The notes below the pieces were generated by a model that did not search any database, was not told where the DNA came from, and saw only the letters and a list, made by a program, of their open reading frames with translations. Below, in pieces: positions 20,069 to 32,280 of a DNA stretch of 64,000 nucleotides. The number at the start of each line of letters is the position of its first letter. Position 1 is the first letter of the stretch. A program made the translations under genes and the position numbers. The DNA is from TPA_inf: Saccharomyces (Eukaryota): positions 64,001-128,000 of the forward strand of contig BK006937.2 of NCBI GenBank assembly GCA_000146045.2. Reading direction: 5' to 3'.

Positions 20069-20739
20069 TGTTGGAATAAAAATCAACTATCATCTACTAA
20101 CTAGTATTTACGTTACTAGTATATTATCATATACGGTGTTAGAAGATGACGCAAATGATGAGAAATAGTCATCTAAATTAGTGGAAGCTGAAACACAAGG
20201 ATTGATAATGTAATAGGATCAATGAATATTAACATATAAAATGATGATAATAATATTTATAGAATTGTGTAGAATTGCAGATTCCCTTTTATGGTGTTGG
20301 AATAAAAATCAACTATCATCTACTAACTAGTATTTACGTTACTAGTATATTATCATATACGGTGTTAGAAGATGACGCAAATGATGAGAAATAGTCATCT
20401 AAATTAGTGGAAGCTGAAACGCAAGGATTGATAATGTAATAGGATCAATGAATATTAACATATAAAATGATGATAATAATATTTATAGAATTGTATAGAA
20501 TTGCAGATTCCCTTTTATGGATTCCTAAATCCTCGAGGAGAACTTCTAGTATATCTACATACCTAATATTATTGCCTTATAAAAAATGGAATCCCAACAA
20601 TTACATCAAAATCCACGTTCTTTTCATATGGATTCCTAAATCCTCGAGGAGAATTTATAATATAGTCTGTATACATAATATTATAGCTTCTAACGACAAT
20701 GGAATTCTAACAATTATCAAATTGTCCGCCAGTTCCTCA
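20069..20739 (+). mobile_element. Nested solo LTRs: an older delta (20069-20294 plus 20627-~20739) interrupted by a complete 332-bp delta (20295-20626) with target-site duplication TATGG
   Basis: The first copy stops at ...CCCTTTTATGG. A full delta from TGTTGG to TTTTCA follows, and the older element then resumes with TATGGATTCCTAAATCCTCGAGG..., so TATGG is duplicated at both junctions. Confidence 0.8.
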
Positions 20740-21101
20740 AAAAGATCCATGTATAATCTTCATTATTACAGCCCTCTTGACCTCTAATCATGAATGTTCT
20801 CAAATAAATCTGTTGGAATAAAAATCAACTATCATCTACTAACTAGTATTTACGTTACTAGTATATTATCATATACGGTGTTAGAAGATGACGCAAATGA
20901 TGAGAAATAGTCATCTAAATTAGTGGAAGCTGAAACGCAAGGATTGATAATGTAATAGGATCAATGAATATTAACATATAAAATGATGATAATAATATTT
21001 ATAGAATTGTGTAGAATTGCAGATTCCCTTTTATGGATTCCTAAATCCTCGAGGAGAACTTCTAGTATATCTACATACCTAATATTATTGCCTTATAAAA
21101 A

Positions 21102-22418
21102 ATGGAATCCCAACAATTACATCAAAATCCACGTTCTCTTCATGGTAGCGCCTATGCTTCGGTTACTTCTAAGGAAGTCCCATCAAATCAAGATCCGTTA
21201 GCCGTTTCAGCTTCCAATTTACCGGAATTTGATAGAGATTCCACTAAGGTTAATTCTCAACAAGAGACAACACCTGGGACATCAGCTGTTCCAGAGAACC
21301 ATCATCATGTCTCTCCTCAACCTGCTTCAGTACCACCTCCACAGAATGGACAGTACCAACAGCACGGCATGATGACCCCAAACAAAGCTATGGCCTCTAA
21401 CTGGGCACATTACCAACAACCGTCTATGATGACGTGTTCACATTATCAAACGTCACCTGCGTATTATCAACCGGACCCACACTATCCGTTGCCACAGTAT
21501 ATCCCACCACTGAGTACTTCCTCACCTGATCCAATCGATTCACAGAATCAACACTCTGAAGTACCTCAAGCTGAGACAAAGGTGAGAAATAACGTCTTAC
21601 CACCACACACTTTAACATCAGAAGAAAACTTTTCTACATGGGTTAAATTTTACATCAGATTTTTGAAGAACTCTAATCTCGGTGACATCATTCCAAATGA
21701 CCAGGGTGAAATCAAAAGACAAATGACTTATGAAGAACATGCGTATATATACAATACCTTCCAAGCATTTGCCCCATTTCATTTATTGCCAACATGGGTA
21801 AAACAAATTTTAGAAATTAATTATGCTGACATCCTTACAGTCCTTTGTAAAAGTGTGTCCAAAATGCAAACTAACAATCAAGAATTAAAGGATTGGATAG
21901 CTCTTGCCAACCTTGAGTACGACGGAAGTACATCTGCTGATACATTTGAAATTACAGTCAGTACGATCATTCAGAGGCTAAAAGAAAACAATATCAATGT
22001 TAGCGACAGATTGGCCTGTCAACTAATACTTAAAGGTCTATCCGGTGACTTCAAATACCTACGTAATCAATATCGTACCAAAACGAACATGAAACTTTCC
22101 CAATTATTCGCTGAAATTCAGTTAATATATGACGAAAATAAAATCATGAATCTAAATAAACCGTCCCAATACAAACAACACAGCGAATACAAAAATGTTT
22201 CTCGCACATCTCCAAACACGACTAACACAAAGGTTACAACTCGTAATTATCAGAGAACAAATAGTTCAAAACCAAGAGCAGCAAAAGCTCACAATATTGC
22301 TACATCTAGTAAATTCTCAAGGGTGAACAATGATCACATTAATGAATCAACCGTTTCATCACAATACTTAAGCGATGACAACGAACTTAGTCTTAGGCCA
22401 GCAACAGAAAGAATCTAA
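21102..22418 (+). CDS. TYA: Ty2 TYA (Gag capsid protein, 438 aa); ATG lies inside the 5' LTR
   Basis: [26 protein letters not shown]...; characteristic Ty Gag. Confidence 0.93.
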
Positions 22419-25400
22419 GCCAACACACACAATAGACTCGAATGACGAACTACCTGATCACCTTCTTATTGATTCAGGAGCTTCGCAAACGCTTGTCAGA
22501 TCAGCCCATTATTTACACCATGCAACACCCAATTCTGAAATAAACATAGTCGATGCTCAAAAACAAGACATTCCTATAAATGCCATTGGTAATCTTCACT
22601 TCAACTTTCAGAACGGCACCAAAACATCAATAAAAGCACTACACACACCAAACATAGCCTATGATCTATTAAGTTTGAGTGAGCTGGCTAATCAAAATAT
22701 TACTGCCTGCTTTACCAGAAACACTTTAGAAAGATCGGATGGTACAGTCCTAGCTCCCATAGTCAAACATGGAGACTTTTACTGGTTATCTAAAAAATAC
22801 CTAATTCCTTCGCACATTTCAAAGCTAACAATAAACAACGTCAACAAAAGCAAAAGCGTAAATAAATATCCATATCCGTTAATACATCGAATGCTTGGAC
22901 ATGCTAACTTCCGAAGTATTCAGAAGTCTCTTAAGAAGAATGCAGTTACATATTTGAAGGAATCGGATATTGAATGGTCTAACGCTAGCACATATCAATG
23001 TCCTGACTGTCTAATCGGCAAAAGCACGAAACATAGACATGTCAAAGGATCACGACTAAAGTACCAAGAATCATATGAGCCTTTTCAGTACTTGCATACC
23101 GATATATTTGGTCCTGTACATCACTTACCGAAAAGTGCACCTTCTTACTTTATATCGTTTACAGATGAGAAAACCAGATTCCAATGGGTGTACCCATTAC
23201 ACGACCGTCGTGAAGAATCTATCCTCAATGTTTTTACATCGATATTAGCATTTATTAAGAACCAATTCAATGCTCGCGTTCTAGTTATCCAGATGGATCG
23301 TGGCTCCGAGTACACTAACAAAACTCTTCATAAGTTCTTTACGAACAGAGGTATTACTGCATGCTATACAACCACGGCAGATTCTAGAGCACACGGTGTC
23401 GCTGAACGATTAAATCGTACTTTATTAAACGATTGTCGCACACTGCTTCATTGCAGTGGTCTACCAAATCATCTATGGTTCTCAGCAGTCGAATTTTCTA
23501 CTATAATCAGAAATTCATTAGTCTCACCAAAAAACGATAAATCCGCAAGACAACATGCAGGTTTAGCTGGACTGGACATTACTACTATACTACCTTTCGG
23601 TCAACCGGTTATAGTTAACAACCATAATCCCGACTCGAAAATACATCCTCGTGGCATTCCAGGTTACGCCTTACATCCGTCACGAAACTCTTATGGCTAT
23701 ATTATCTATCTTCCATCATTAAAAAAGACAGTAGATACTACCAATTACGTTATATTACAAGACAAGCAATCCAAATTGGACCAATTCAATTATGATACAC
23801 TCACCTTTGATGATGATCTCAATCGTTTAACAGCCCATAACCAATCTTTTATTGAACAAAATGAAACGGAGCAGTCATATGATCAAAATACAGAATCTGA
23901 TCATGACTATCAATCGGAGATTGAAATAAACTCTGATCCTCTAGTGAACGACTTCTCGTCCCAATCAATAAACCCTTTACAATTAGACAAGGAACCAGTC
24001 CAAAAAGTACGTGCACCAAAAGAAGTTGATGCCGACATATCTGAATACAATATTCTTCCATCTCCTGTACGATCTCGTACACCCCATATCATTAATAAAG
24101 AGAGTACCGAAATGGGTGGTACCGTTGAATCAGATACTACTTCACCTAGACACTCGTCTACCTTCACTGCACGAAACCAAAAGCGACCTGGTAGTCCCAA
24201 TGATATGATTGATTTGACCTCACAGGATAGAGTTAATTATGGACTTGAAAACATCAAAACTACACGTTTGGGTGGTACGGAGGAACCATATATTCAACGA
24301 AATAGTGATACAAATATCAAATACAGGACTACAAATAGTACGCCCTCAATAGATGACCGTTCGTCCAACAGTGAATCCACTACTCCCATCATCTCCATAG
24401 AAACAAAGGCTGTATGTGATAATACACCCTCCATTGATACGGATCCGCCAGAATATCGATCTTCTGACCATGCGACTCCTAATATAATGCCTGACAAATC
24501 CTCAAAAAATGTTACGGCTGATTCTATTCTTGACGACCTCCCACTTCCTGACTTAACCCATCAATCTCCTACGGACACTTCTGATGTTTCAAAAGATATT
24601 CCACACATACACTCTCGTCAGACTAATTCCAGTTTGGGTGGTATGGATGATTCTAATGTTCTGACTACTACCAAAAGTAAGAAAAGATCATTAGAAGATA
24701 ATGAAACTGAAATTGAGGTATCCCGAGACACATGGAATAATAAGAATATGAGAAGTCTGGAACCACCAAGATCGAAGAAACGCATAAATTTAATTGCAGC
24801 AATAAAAGGAGTGAAATCGATCAAACCAGTTCGAACGACCTTAAGATATGATGAAGCAATTACTTATAATAAAGACAACAAAGAAAAAGACAGATATGTT
24901 GAAGCTTATCATAAAGAAATTAGCCAACTATTGAAAATGAACACTTGGGATACAAACAAATATTATGATAGAAATGACATAGATCCTAAAAAAGTAATAA
25001 ACTCAATGTTTATATTTAACAAGAAACGTGATGGTACACACAAAGCTAGATTTGTTGCAAGAGGCGACATTCAACACCCCGATACATATGATTCTGATAT
25101 GCAATCCAATACCGTACATCACTATGCACTGATGACGTCACTGTCAATCGCATTAGACAACGACTATTATATCACACAGCTGGACATATCCTCTGCTTAC
25201 TTATATGCTGATATCAAAGAAGAATTATACATAAGACCTCCACCACATTTAGGTTTGAATGATAAATTACTACGTTTGAGAAAATCACTCTATGGTTTGA
25301 AACAAAGTGGTGCAAACTGGTATGAAACCATTAAATCATATTTAATAAATTGTTGCGACATGCAAGAAGTTCGCGGATGGTCATGCGTATTTAAGAATAG

Positions 25401-26415
25401 TCAAGTAACAATTTGCTTATTCGTTGATGATATGATATTATTCAGCAAAGACTTAAATGCAAATAAGAAAATCATAACAACACTCAAGAAACAATACGAT
25501 ACAAAGATAATAAATCTGGGTGAAAGTGATAACGAAATTCAGTACGACATACTTGGATTAGAGATCAAATATCAAAGAAGCAAGTACATGAAATTAGGTA
25601 TGGAAAAATCCTTGACAGAAAAATTACCCAAACTAAACGTACCTTTGAACCCAAAAGGAAAGAAACTTAGAGCTCCAGGTCAACCAGGTCATTATATAGA
25701 CCAGGATGAACTAGAAATAGATGAAGATGAATACAAAGAGAAAGTACATGAAATGCAAAAGTTGATTGGTCTAGCTTCATATGTTGGATATAAATTTAGA
25801 TTTGACTTACTATACTACATCAACACACTTGCTCAACATATACTATTCCCCTCTAGGCAAGTTTTAGACATGACATATGAGTTAATACAATTCATGTGGG
25901 ACACTAGAGATAAACAATTAATATGGCACAAAAACAAACCTACCAAGCCAGATAATAAACTAGTCGCAATAAGCGATGCTTCATATGGTAACCAACCATA
26001 TTACAAGTCACAAATTGGTAACATTTTCCTACTCAACGGAAAAGTGATTGGAGGAAAGTCGACAAAGGCTTCGTTAACATGCACTTCAACTACAGAAGCA
26101 GAAATACACGCAGTCAGTGAAGCTATTCCGCTATTGAATAACCTCAGTCACCTTGTGCAAGAACTTAACAAGAAACCAATTATTAAAGGCTTACTTACTG
26201 ATAGTAGATCAACGATCAGTATAATTAAGTCTACAAATGAAGAGAAATTTAGAAACAGATTTTTTGGCACAAAGGCAATGAGACTTAGAGATGAAGTATC
26301 AGGTAATAATTTATACGTATACTACATCGAGACCAAGAAGAACATTGCTGATGTGATGACAAAACCTCTTCCGATAAAAACATTTAAACTATTAACTAAC
26401 AAATGGATTCATTAG
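22375..26415 (+). CDS. TYB: Ty2 TYB (Pol: protease, integrase, reverse transcriptase, RNase H), expressed as a Gag-Pol fusion by +1 frameshifting at CTTAGGC (22392-22398)
   Basis: An open +1 frame of 1346 codons overlaps the TYA 3' end. It carries the protease motif [11 protein letters not shown], an integrase zinc finger and DDE region, and the RT motif [10 protein letters not shown]. The heptamer CTT AGG C is read directly at 22392-22398. Confidence 0.93.
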   Translation: MTTNLVLGQQQKESKPTHTIDSNDELPDHLLIDSGASQTLVRSAHYLHHATPNSEINIVDAQKQDIPINAIGNLHFNFQNGTKTSIKALHTPNIAYDLLSLSELANQNITACFTRNTLERSDGTVLAPIVKHGDFYWLSKKYLIPSHISKLTINNVNKSKSVNKYPYPLIHRMLGHANFRSIQKSLKKNAVTYLKESDIEWSNASTYQCPDCLIGKSTKHRHVKGSRLKYQESYEPFQYLHTDIFGPVHHLPKSAPSYFISFTDEKTRFQWVYPLHDRREESILNVFTSILAFIKNQFNARVLVIQMDRGSEYTNKTLHKFFTNRGITACYTTTADSRAHGVAERLNRTLLNDCRTLLHCSGLPNHLWFSAVEFSTIIRNSLVSPKNDKSARQHAGLAGLDITTILPFGQPVIVNNHNPDSKIHPRGIPGYALHPSRNSYGYIIYLPSLKKTVDTTNYVILQDKQSKLDQFNYDTLTFDDDLNRLTAHNQSFIEQNETEQSYDQNTESDHDYQSEIEINSDPLVNDFSSQSINPLQLDKEPVQKVRAPKEVDADISEYNILPSPVRSRTPHIINKESTEMGGTVESDTTSPRHSSTFTARNQKRPGSPNDMIDLTSQDRVNYGLENIKTTRLGGTEEPYIQRNSDTNIKYRTTNSTPSIDDRSSNSESTTPIISIETKAVCDNTPSIDTDPPEYRSSDHATPNIMPDKSSKNVTADSILDDLPLPDLTHQSPTDTSDVSKDIPHIHSRQTNSSLGGMDDSNVLTTTKSKKRSLEDNETEIEVSRDTWNNKNMRSLEPPRSKKRINLIAAIKGVKSIKPVRTTLRYDEAITYNKDNKEKDRYVEAYHKEISQLLKMNTWDTNKYYDRNDIDPKKVINSMFIFNKKRDGTHKARFVARGDIQHPDTYDSDMQSNTVHHYALMTSLSIALDNDYYITQLDISSAYLYADIKEELYIRPPPHLGLNDKLLRLRKSLYGLKQSGANWYETIKSYLINCCDMQEVRGWSCVFKNSQVTICLFVDDMILFSKDLNANKKIITTLKKQYDTKIINLGESDNEIQYDILGLEIKYQRSKYMKLGMEKSLTEKLPKLNVPLNPKGKKLRAPGQPGHYIDQDELEIDEDEYKEKVHEMQKLIGLASYVGYKFRFDLLYYINTLAQHILFPSRQVLDMTYELIQFMWDTRDKQLIWHKNKPTKPDNKLVAISDASYGNQPYYKSQIGNIFLLNGKVIGGKSTKASLTCTSTTEAEIHAVSEAIPLLNNLSHLVQELNKKPIIKGLLTDSRSTISIIKSTNEEKFRNRFFGTKAMRLRDEVSGNNLYVYYIETKKNIADVMTKPLPIKTFKLLTNKWIH

Positions 26416-26858
26416 ATCTATTACATTATGGGTGGTATGTTGGAATAAAAATCAACTATCATCTACTAACTAGTATTTACGTTACTAGTATATTATCATA
26501 TACGGTGTTAGAAGATGACGCAAATGATGAGAAATAGTCATCTAAATTAGTGGAAGCTGAAACGCAAGGATTGATAATGTAATAGGATCAATGAATATTA
26601 ACATATAAAATGATGATAATAATATTTATAGAATTGTGTAGAATTGCAGATTCCCTTTTATGGATTCCTAAATCCTCGAGGAGAACTTCTAGTATATCTA
26701 CATACCTAATATTATTGCCTTATTAAAAATGGAATCCCAACAATTACATCAAAATCCACATTCTCTTCAAAATCAATTGTCCTGTACTTCCTTGTTCATG
26801 TGTGTTCAAAAACGTTATATTTATAGGATAATTATACTCTATTTCTCAACAAGTAATT

Positions 26859-26972
26859 GGTTGTTTGGCCGAGCGGTCTAAGGCGCCTGATTCAAGAAAT
26901 ATCTTGACCGCAGTTAACTGTGGGAATACTCAGGTATCGTAAGATGCAAGAGTTCGAATCTCTTAGCAACCA
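26859..26972 (+). tRNA. tL(CAA): tRNA-Leu (anticodon CAA) with a 32-nt intron (26897-26928); the SUP53-type tRNA3-Leu gene upstream of LEU2
   Basis: GGTTGTTTGGCCGAGCGGTCTAAGGCGCCTGATTCAAG, then the intron aaatatcttgaccgcagttaactgtgggaata, then CTCAGGTATCGTAAGATGCAAGAGTTCGAATCTCTTAGCAACCA, with a T-run terminator after it. Confidence 0.93.
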
Positions 26973-27125
26973 TTATTTTTTTCCTCAACATAACGAGAAC
27001 ACACAGGGGCGCTATCGCACAGAATCAAATTCGATGACTGGAAATTTTTTGTTAATTTCAGAGGTCGCCTGACGCATATACCTTTTTCAACTGAAAAATT
27101 GGGAGAAAAAGGAAAGGTGAGAGCG

Positions 27126-27135
27126 CCGGAACCGG
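27126..27135. promoter_or_regulatory. Leu3 binding site (CCGGAACCGG, UAS-LEU) about 190 bp upstream of LEU2
   Basis: gagcGCCGGAACCGGCtttt read directly. CCGG-N2-CCGG is the established Leu3 recognition motif. Confidence 0.6.
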
Positions 27136-27323
27136 CTTTTCATATAGAATAGAGAAGCGTTCATGACTAAATGCTTGCATCACAATACTTGAAGTTGACA
27201 ATATTATTTAAGGACCTATTGTTTTTTCCAATAGGTGGTTAGCAATCGTCTTACTTTCTAACTTTTCTTACCTTTTACATTTCAGCAATATATATATATA
27301 TATTTCAAGGATATACCATTCTA

Positions 27324-28418
27324 ATGTCTGCCCCTAAGAAGATCGTCGTTTTGCCAGGTGACCACGTTGGTCAAGAAATCACAGCCGAAGCCATTAAGGT
27401 TCTTAAAGCTATTTCTGATGTTCGTTCCAATGTCAAGTTCGATTTCGAAAATCATTTAATTGGTGGTGCTGCTATCGATGCTACAGGTGTTCCACTTCCA
27501 GATGAGGCGCTGGAAGCCTCCAAGAAGGCTGATGCCGTTTTGTTAGGTGCTGTGGGTGGTCCTAAATGGGGTACCGGTAGTGTTAGACCTGAACAAGGTT
27601 TACTAAAAATCCGTAAAGAACTTCAATTGTACGCCAACTTAAGACCATGTAACTTTGCATCCGACTCTCTTTTAGACTTATCTCCAATCAAGCCACAATT
27701 TGCTAAAGGTACTGACTTCGTTGTTGTCAGAGAATTAGTGGGAGGTATTTACTTTGGTAAGAGAAAGGAAGACGATGGTGATGGTGTCGCTTGGGATAGT
27801 GAACAATACACCGTTCCAGAAGTGCAAAGAATCACAAGAATGGCCGCTTTCATGGCCCTACAACATGAGCCACCATTGCCTATTTGGTCCTTGGATAAAG
27901 CTAATGTTTTGGCCTCTTCAAGATTATGGAGAAAAACTGTGGAGGAAACCATCAAGAACGAATTCCCTACATTGAAGGTTCAACATCAATTGATTGATTC
28001 TGCCGCCATGATCCTAGTTAAGAACCCAACCCACCTAAATGGTATTATAATCACCAGCAACATGTTTGGTGATATCATCTCCGATGAAGCCTCCGTTATC
28101 CCAGGTTCCTTGGGTTTGTTGCCATCTGCGTCCTTGGCCTCTTTGCCAGACAAGAACACCGCATTTGGTTTGTACGAACCATGCCACGGTTCTGCTCCAG
28201 ATTTGCCAAAGAATAAGGTCAACCCTATCGCCACTATCTTGTCTGCTGCAATGATGTTGAAATTGTCATTGAACTTGCCTGAAGAAGGTAAGGCCATTGA
28301 AGATGCAGTTAAAAAGGTTTTGGATGCAGGTATCAGAACTGGTGATTTAGGTGGTTCCAACAGTACCACCGAAGTCGGTGATGCTGTCGCCGAAGAAGTT
28401 AAGAAAATCCTTGCTTAA
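27324..28418 (+). CDS. LEU2: 3-isopropylmalate dehydrogenase (364 aa)
   Basis: [30 protein letters not shown]... is the well-known LEU2 product. ATG at 27324. Confidence 0.98.
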   Translation: MSAPKKIVVLPGDHVGQEITAEAIKVLKAISDVRSNVKFDFENHLIGGAAIDATGVPLPDEALEASKKADAVLLGAVGGPKWGTGSVRPEQGLLKIRKELQLYANLRPCNFASDSLLDLSPIKPQFAKGTDFVVVRELVGGIYFGKRKEDDGDGVAWDSEQYTVPEVQRITRMAAFMALQHEPPLPIWSLDKANVLASSRLWRKTVEETIKNEFPTLKVQHQLIDSAAMILVKNPTHLNGIIITSNMFGDIISDEASVIPGSLGLLPSASLASLPDKNTAFGLYEPCHGSAPDLPKNKVNPIATILSAAMMLKLSLNLPEEGKAIEDAVKKVLDAGIRTGDLGGSNSTTEVGDAVAEEVKKILA

Positions 28419-28776
28419 AAAGATTCTCTTTTTTTATGATATTTGTACATAAACTTTATAAATGAAATTCATAATAGAAACGACACGAAATTACAAAATG
28501 GAATATGTTCATAGGGTAGACGAAACTATATACGCAATCTACATACATTTATCAAGAAGGAGAAAAAGGAGGATGTAAAGGAATACAGGTAAGCAAATTG
28601 ATACTAATGGCTCAACGTGATAAGGAAAAAGAATTGCACTTTAACATTAATATTGACAAGGAGGAGGGCACCACACAAAAAGTTAGGTGTAACAGAAAAT
28701 CATGAAACTATGATTCCTAATTTATATATTGGAGGATTTTCTCTAAAAAAAAAAAAATACAACAAATAAAAAACAC

Positions 28777-30270
28777 TCAATGACCTGACCATTTGATGGA
28801 GTTTAAGTCAATACCTTCTTGAACCATTTCCCATAATGGTGAAAGTTCCCTCAAGAATTTTACTCTGTCAGAAACGGCCTTAACGACGTAGTCGACCTCC
28901 TCTTCAGTACTAAATCTACCAATACCAAATCTGATGGAAGAATGGGCTAATGCATCATCCTTACCCAGCGCATGTAAAACATAAGAAGGTTCTAGGGAAG
29001 CAGATGTACAGGCTGAACCCGAGGATAATGCGATATCCCTTAGTGCCATCAATAAAGATTCTCCTTCCACGTAGGCGAAAGAAACGTTAACACACCCTGG
29101 ATAACGATGATCTGGAGATCCGTTCAACGTGGTATGTTCAGCGGATAATAGACCTTTGACTAATTTATCGGATAGTCTTTTGATGTGAGCTTGGTCGTTG
29201 TCAAATTCTTTCTTCATCAATCTCGCAGCTTCACCAAATCCCGCTACCAATGGGGGGGCCAAAGTACCAGATCTCAATCCTCTCTCTTGGCCACCACCGG
29301 ATAGTAAAGGTTCTAATCTAACTCTTGGTCTCCTTCTTACATAGATGGCACCTATTCCCTTTGGACCGTAAATCTTGTGAGAAGAAATTGATAGTAAATC
29401 AATGTTCATTTCATTGACATCAATGTGAATCTTACCATAGGCTTGTGCGGCGTCAGTATGAAAGTAGATCTTATTCTTTCTACAAATTGCACCAATTTCT
29501 TTAATAGGTTGAATGACACCGATTTCATTATTGACAGCCATCACAGAGACGAGACAGGTATCTGGTCTAATGGCATCTTCCAATTCCTTCAAATCGATAA
29601 GACCTTGATCGTCCACATTTAGGAAAGTGACTTCAAATCCCTCCTTCATCATGGCCCGTGCGGCTTCCAAGACACACTTGTGTTCCGTTCTAGTGGTGAT
29701 GATGTGTTTCTTAGTCTTCTTATAAAATCTTGGGACACCCTTAAGAACCATATTATTAGATTCGGTCGCTCCCGAAGTGAATATTATTTCCTTGGGGTCG
29801 GCATTGATCATCTTTGCTACGTGAGCTCTAGCATTTTCCACAGCAGTATTTGTTTCCCAACCGTAAGAGTGAGTGTTGGAATGAGGATTACCATAAAGTC
29901 CCGTATAAAACTTCAACATCGTATCCAAAACCCTAGGGTCTGTTGGTGTAGTGGCTTGCATGTCAAGATATATGGGACGAGTACCAAAACCTGTGTTTTC
30001 TTGATAAGCATGGCTCATTGCAGTGCTACCAGAAGCTACTACAGCATCTGGGGTGGTACCGGATGCACTCGCACGGGCACTAGCCTGTGCCTTTGCAGCA
30101 GCCTGAATATCGGTATGCGTTTCCAGAGAGAAGTTGTCGTCTAACTTCACGCCTGCTGCAGGAGGGGAATAGAATCTCCTGCTTACCAAACAAGCCCTAT
30201 ATGTGGCCGCTGGAACGTTGTAAACTTGAGATAATCTTGTTATCGATCTTGTAGCAGTTGATTTCAACAT
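28777..30270 (-). CDS. NFS1: Mitochondrial cysteine desulfurase Nfs1 (497 aa)
   Basis: PLP-dependent class V aminotransferase fold with the active-site loop SSGSACTS and a mitochondrial presequence. ATG at 30268-30270. Confidence 0.93.
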   Translation of the reverse strand: MLKSTATRSITRLSQVYNVPAATYRACLVSRRFYSPPAAGVKLDDNFSLETHTDIQAAAKAQASARASASGTTPDAVVASGSTAMSHAYQENTGFGTRPIYLDMQATTPTDPRVLDTMLKFYTGLYGNPHSNTHSYGWETNTAVENARAHVAKMINADPKEIIFTSGATESNNMVLKGVPRFYKKTKKHIITTRTEHKCVLEAARAMMKEGFEVTFLNVDDQGLIDLKELEDAIRPDTCLVSVMAVNNEIGVIQPIKEIGAICRKNKIYFHTDAAQAYGKIHIDVNEMNIDLLSISSHKIYGPKGIGAIYVRRRPRVRLEPLLSGGGQERGLRSGTLAPPLVAGFGEAARLMKKEFDNDQAHIKRLSDKLVKGLLSAEHTTLNGSPDHRYPGCVNVSFAYVEGESLLMALRDIALSSGSACTSASLEPSYVLHALGKDDALAHSSIRFGIGRFSTEEEVDYVVKAVSDRVKFLRELSPLWEMVQEGIDLNSIKWSGH

Positions 30271-30620
30271 CTTCCAGTTGTAGCAGTTCCTTCGTGTATG
30301 CGATATATTTTAATGAAAATGATGTATCTGAAATAGAAAATATAACACACTAATGAACTCTGTCGGTCTTTACTCTGAGTGAGTTACTTAGATAGTCATC
30401 ATATATCCCTGGGCGATGGCCTTACTATTTGTCAGCGACCGTATCTAAAATTGGTAGGTCACTATCAACTATTGCGGGTAATAGGGTGCATAATAGTATT
30501 GTAATATATATAAATATATAAAGCTACTATGATAGATATTTGTTGCTATTCACGTCATCCACTATTACTTTAGTGGTTCCGCTATATATTCGCATTGCCC
30601 ATCGAAGGCAGTTTTGTGTG

Positions 30621-31763
30621 CTACCTGCTCGTGACCACGGTCTTTTTGCCCAGTCTTTTACGGCGGGCATACTTCATGATGAAACTGTCTATTTTCATAC
30701 CTCTTGAATTTAGTTCTTCAATTAGAGGCTTGATATCCTCCAAGTCCCACTGTGACTGTAGCCTAAACAGGACTTTAAACCGTTCTTTGGGGTCCATTGG
30801 TAGTGTGCTTTTCGCTATATACTGGACAGTCTTATCGGTAGGCTTGAAATGATAGCCTCGCAGCATGTCAATGTCAATGTCACATGGGAAGAAAGGTGGG
30901 AAAAGGGACTTCCACTTGATGAGGAACTCATCAATTGGCATGCTTATTCCAGAAACATATTTCCTTAGCGCTTGAATCCCGTACCACTGAGCTATAAACG
31001 GTATTCTCAAGCGCCACGTATTGTTTTCAGCCTCTTGCTCTTGAACAGCAAATTTATTCAGCACTGTTTCAATGATTTCTCTTGTGTATGGATTGAACTC
31101 GTCCTCAATGTCCTTCCCCACAGCGTGATGTGTATCCTCAACATTCAGATGCTGTAGATCGAGTGATTCTGCCATTGCGCTCATCAGTAGTACATGCAGT
31201 GCTTTGAAAAGGAAGTCTTGTGAAAGAATACACAACACACCGTCTTTCACAGATCCACCAATCTTATGCCATTTTGATATACCTTCTAGCGCAGAACATG
31301 GTGAGTTCTCAAGTAGTTCTTCCAGGGTCCCGATAACCTTTGTAGATGACCTCTTCATGATTTTGTCGGAGAAATCCAGTTCTCCGTTGTATATTGGTAC
31401 TGAATTCAAGTTCAATTCGCCATGTGTCTCTCTGGTCTCAAATTCTGATTCAGTCTTGGCGAATCCCACGACGTCCATGTACGGCTTGGACAGTCCAAAC
31501 AAGAGCGTTTCGTCGAAAGTAATAGGTTGTTCAGGAACAAATTCTCTCATTAGTAGAACTGTGTTTGAATGTTTGCGCTGCTTCAGCACCCAAGTCTTGT
31601 CGTGCGAACACAGTACAACTTCAGACTTGTCTTTGTCCAATGACTTAAACCTTAACTGGTGATTTTGAACCGGATCCTGTATTATATCCAGTAACTCTGG
31701 TGTCAACTGGATCAGCTTATAAGATGGATCATACTCGGGTGCGGAATGTAGGTTGATGGACAT
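30621..31763 (-). CDS. DCC1: Sister chromatid cohesion protein Dcc1 (Ctf18-RFC subunit, 380 aa)
   Basis: A 380-aa ORF with ATG at 31761-31763; recognised sequence and position between NFS1 and BUD3. Confidence 0.82.
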   Translation of the reverse strand: MSINLHSAPEYDPSYKLIQLTPELLDIIQDPVQNHQLRFKSLDKDKSEVVLCSHDKTWVLKQRKHSNTVLLMREFVPEQPITFDETLLFGLSKPYMDVVGFAKTESEFETRETHGELNLNSVPIYNGELDFSDKIMKRSSTKVIGTLEELLENSPCSALEGISKWHKIGGSVKDGVLCILSQDFLFKALHVLLMSAMAESLDLQHLNVEDTHHAVGKDIEDEFNPYTREIIETVLNKFAVQEQEAENNTWRLRIPFIAQWYGIQALRKYVSGISMPIDEFLIKWKSLFPPFFPCDIDIDMLRGYHFKPTDKTVQYIAKSTLPMDPKERFKVLFRLQSQWDLEDIKPLIEELNSRGMKIDSFIMKYARRKRLGKKTVVTSR

Positions 31764-32280
31764 GGTACAGGATTATTAGTGAGCAAATCTCTGGTGGATT
31801 TTTACCGTTCATCTCATAGTGCTTTTTTAGTTTATTTTTCACTTTTTTCTGGTTATACTATACGCTGCCTACTGAAGCAATAAGCAAGAAACACAACAGT
31901 ATAAAGGGACAAAGATAATAAACCGCCTACTACTAAATAATATCGCTGTGGTATGCTACTCCTAGAGATTTCGATCACCATCGTGGTGCTCTTTGTCATA
32001 CGCATAGAATTGACAAAAAAGAACCCTAAGCTATAAATTAGGTCATGTTGAGCGATTGCCAGTTGCCAAGACCTAGGGTTTTGTTCGAACAATTCTAAAA
32101 AGGTAAATAAAAACAATGGTAAACAAAGGCTTTGATCTTCAATGAGGAAGATTTCTCTCACTGCGGATAGTAAAAACAACACTAGTTTGTCTGTACTCGC
32201 ATTCTACTGCTGCTACCTGCTACTCATTACGTGTTCGGGCTGTTATCTGGTTGCTAAAAGAGTATATTTACACCTCACCA

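Larger units (their letters stand above)
20811..26769 (+). mobile_element. Full-length Ty2 LTR retrotransposon (5959 bp) with 332-bp LTRs at 20811-21142 and 26438-26769 and target-site duplication AAATC
   Basis: The two LTRs are identical (TGTTGGAATAAAAATC ... TTCTCTTCA). AAATC appears at 20806-20810 and again at 26770-26774. The interior encodes Gag and Pol. Confidence 0.95.

Noticed and set aside
20467-21201. ORFs 20467..20787 and 20983..21201 (MMIIIFIEL...), plus 18996..19193 and 60144..60377
   Set aside because: They lie entirely within delta LTR sequence and are repeated because the LTR is repeated, so they are not genes.
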